Shown here: positions 52,901 to 52,967 of the stretch, in pieces
How positions within the stretch are numbered: position 1 is the stretch's first letter
Layout: every line of letters starts with the position of its first letter
Assembly (NCBI GenBank): GCA_045530945.1
Contig: JAZSDD010000077.1
Coordinates: 1-52,967 of the forward strand
DNA from: Christensenellaceae bacterium
GTDB lineage: Bacteria > Bacillota > Clostridia > Christensenellales > Borkfalkiaceae
Length of the DNA: 52,967 nucleotides
Reading direction: 5' to 3'
Position numbers and translations under genes: made by a program
Notes under the pieces: model-generated
What the model saw: the letters and a program-made list of their open reading frames with translations, nothing else
Databases searched by the model: none
What the model was told of the DNA's origin: nothing

Positions 52901-52967
52901 TATCGATTATAACGTTGTTAAAGTTCATCTTAGCAACGGTGTTTTTATCAGTATCGTCTGCAGCGTA
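49947..52967 (-). CDS. Paralogous very large secreted modular protein, C-terminal 1006 codons (the 5-prime end lies beyond the right window edge)
   Basis: The frame stays open to the window end: upstream of the listed Met it reads YAADDTDKNTVAK-MNFNN, matching FAADDTDKNTVAKMNFNN in the interior of the 1191-aa protein. The visible part contains the tail of one beta-helix module plus two complete (Big_2-like, Ig-like, beta-helix) modules carrying FAGAFDGRGYALNNVYL and FDATFDGRGHVLNDVVI. Confidence 0.8.
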   Translation of the reverse strand, partial: YAADDTDKNTVAKMNFNNVIIDNVGGPVLLGVKGLTTVPANFTIENTYIATAGAVSRGASTLTASENGANFNKVSAVSEISDTKAFIDSGYWMTDAYGVLVWKNCHNTTYLLDSEGDVVSTLSFTEEGENYSVVAYYNGEEVTSEITLETNSELVSISGNVITIGNGEGTATVTVTYKGAVITYTFNVDTRDEKPYTEEILLSKLNGKFYFNEGADAASWVIKDVVYGDNSIYNEGIIDASDIAVTDGTAGNENRTLTVITSEGKYEATNVKVYDGVFNNDNKEDLVTLLSGVANTATTGYYVLAGNIDFGDEDKIVSAKGSSFAGAFDGRGYALNNVYLAAYNTSLNSAIFGSNAGTCTLKNFAINGVTTEKGYSGLFFLYSKSEATVTIENVYVYKYYEKTDDTEAIFVCDSKTNGLGTWNISNVVVELEYPEGQTTTKHKFFNYNGGTNITGEISNVYYLTNGTVNRLGTYNTEDAVVAYGGKGYPTIQDARKEIPANNHDLSSFSSDYWVIGADGAPVFKSIADGAVMYNAEGELVNFAYSTTAGETFTVKAFENGVEVTEGVSVEILNDQVVSYDAETGKITVLDDQYGTAFVTVKVGDKVVSTIYIKVHTKEEAIPLANVILSKYNGKLYFNDSSEKVKMANIKDVTYNGESIFDATSLKVDTTFALDTEIGSKTYELALETVEGARFKLVNVSVYTDVFENTAKSRTRMATLFGCARNGETVEVLTGYYALAEDLTFVCEKDDGTNYSLDEVFGGKNTAGLITFDATFDGRGHVLNDVVIDGYDNFTGGMFGLYSGPNAVLKNFAINEVLFLKTSGTVKSTYSVSTKYGGLFFYHPGVSIADASNESEISNVYVSLSAAPSGKNQCLGLFYNLYVKGTPNENNDNISLGIKTWSNVILNYVYNGSKTTRYACALSNAAVTNPTLIPEKETGANLSNVYFVVDGKPNYNQTNIPSSYGTGIKFYTTMDLMKADANDYSSFASSGYWTVTDGEVPVWGVAK

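Noticed and set aside
1-52967. A search by eye for tRNA, rRNA, integrase/transposase genes, and alternative genetic code usage
   Set aside because: I saw no cloverleaf-like or rRNA-like sequence in the intergenic regions. No recombinase motifs appeared among the ORFs. The housekeeping ORFs are full length under the standard code, so there is no evidence for stop-codon reassignment.

Overview
This is an AT-rich chromosomal segment that looks like Firmicutes/Clostridia, with about 60 genes, almost all on the minus strand. The core is ordinary housekeeping:
- rpmG-secE-nusG-rplKAJL
- a SpoIVFA/SpoIVFB-like pair
- apgM-type mutase and ung
- murF-ddl
- tsaE-tsaB-rimI
- FMN riboswitch with ribU
- the obg/yhbY/nadD-yqeK/rsfS cluster
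- nth
- TPP riboswitch with thiT
- rpsF-ssb-rpsR
- cca
- a four-gene amino-sugar-like catabolic operon

Four regions are accessory or unusual.
1. The left edge (1-4178) holds a SipW-type signal peptidase operon with at least three TasA/camelysin-like paralogues. One is fused to about 420 aa of beta-helix/GLUG-like adhesin module. A divergent SinR-like XRE regulator and twin palindromic operators sit upstream.
2. At 12738-13465, a single 129-aa orphan gene is bracketed by imperfect 40-bp inverted repeats.
3. At 35872-37652 is a low-coding-density island. It carries two 56-bp direct repeats, each with a 9-bp-stem hairpin and an 11-codon mini-ORF. It also carries an XRE regulator plus a tail-anchored unknown protein, flanked by a 19-bp direct repeat that copies half of a terminator.
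4. The right edge (46006-52967) holds two tandem, very large secreted modular proteins built as (Ig-like + beta-helix) x n. They contain near-identical nucleotide blocks, and their repeat motif is shared with the TasA-fusion protein.

I found no rRNA, tRNA, CRISPR array, integrase or transposase. All family assignments come from motif recognition by eye, not from database searches.
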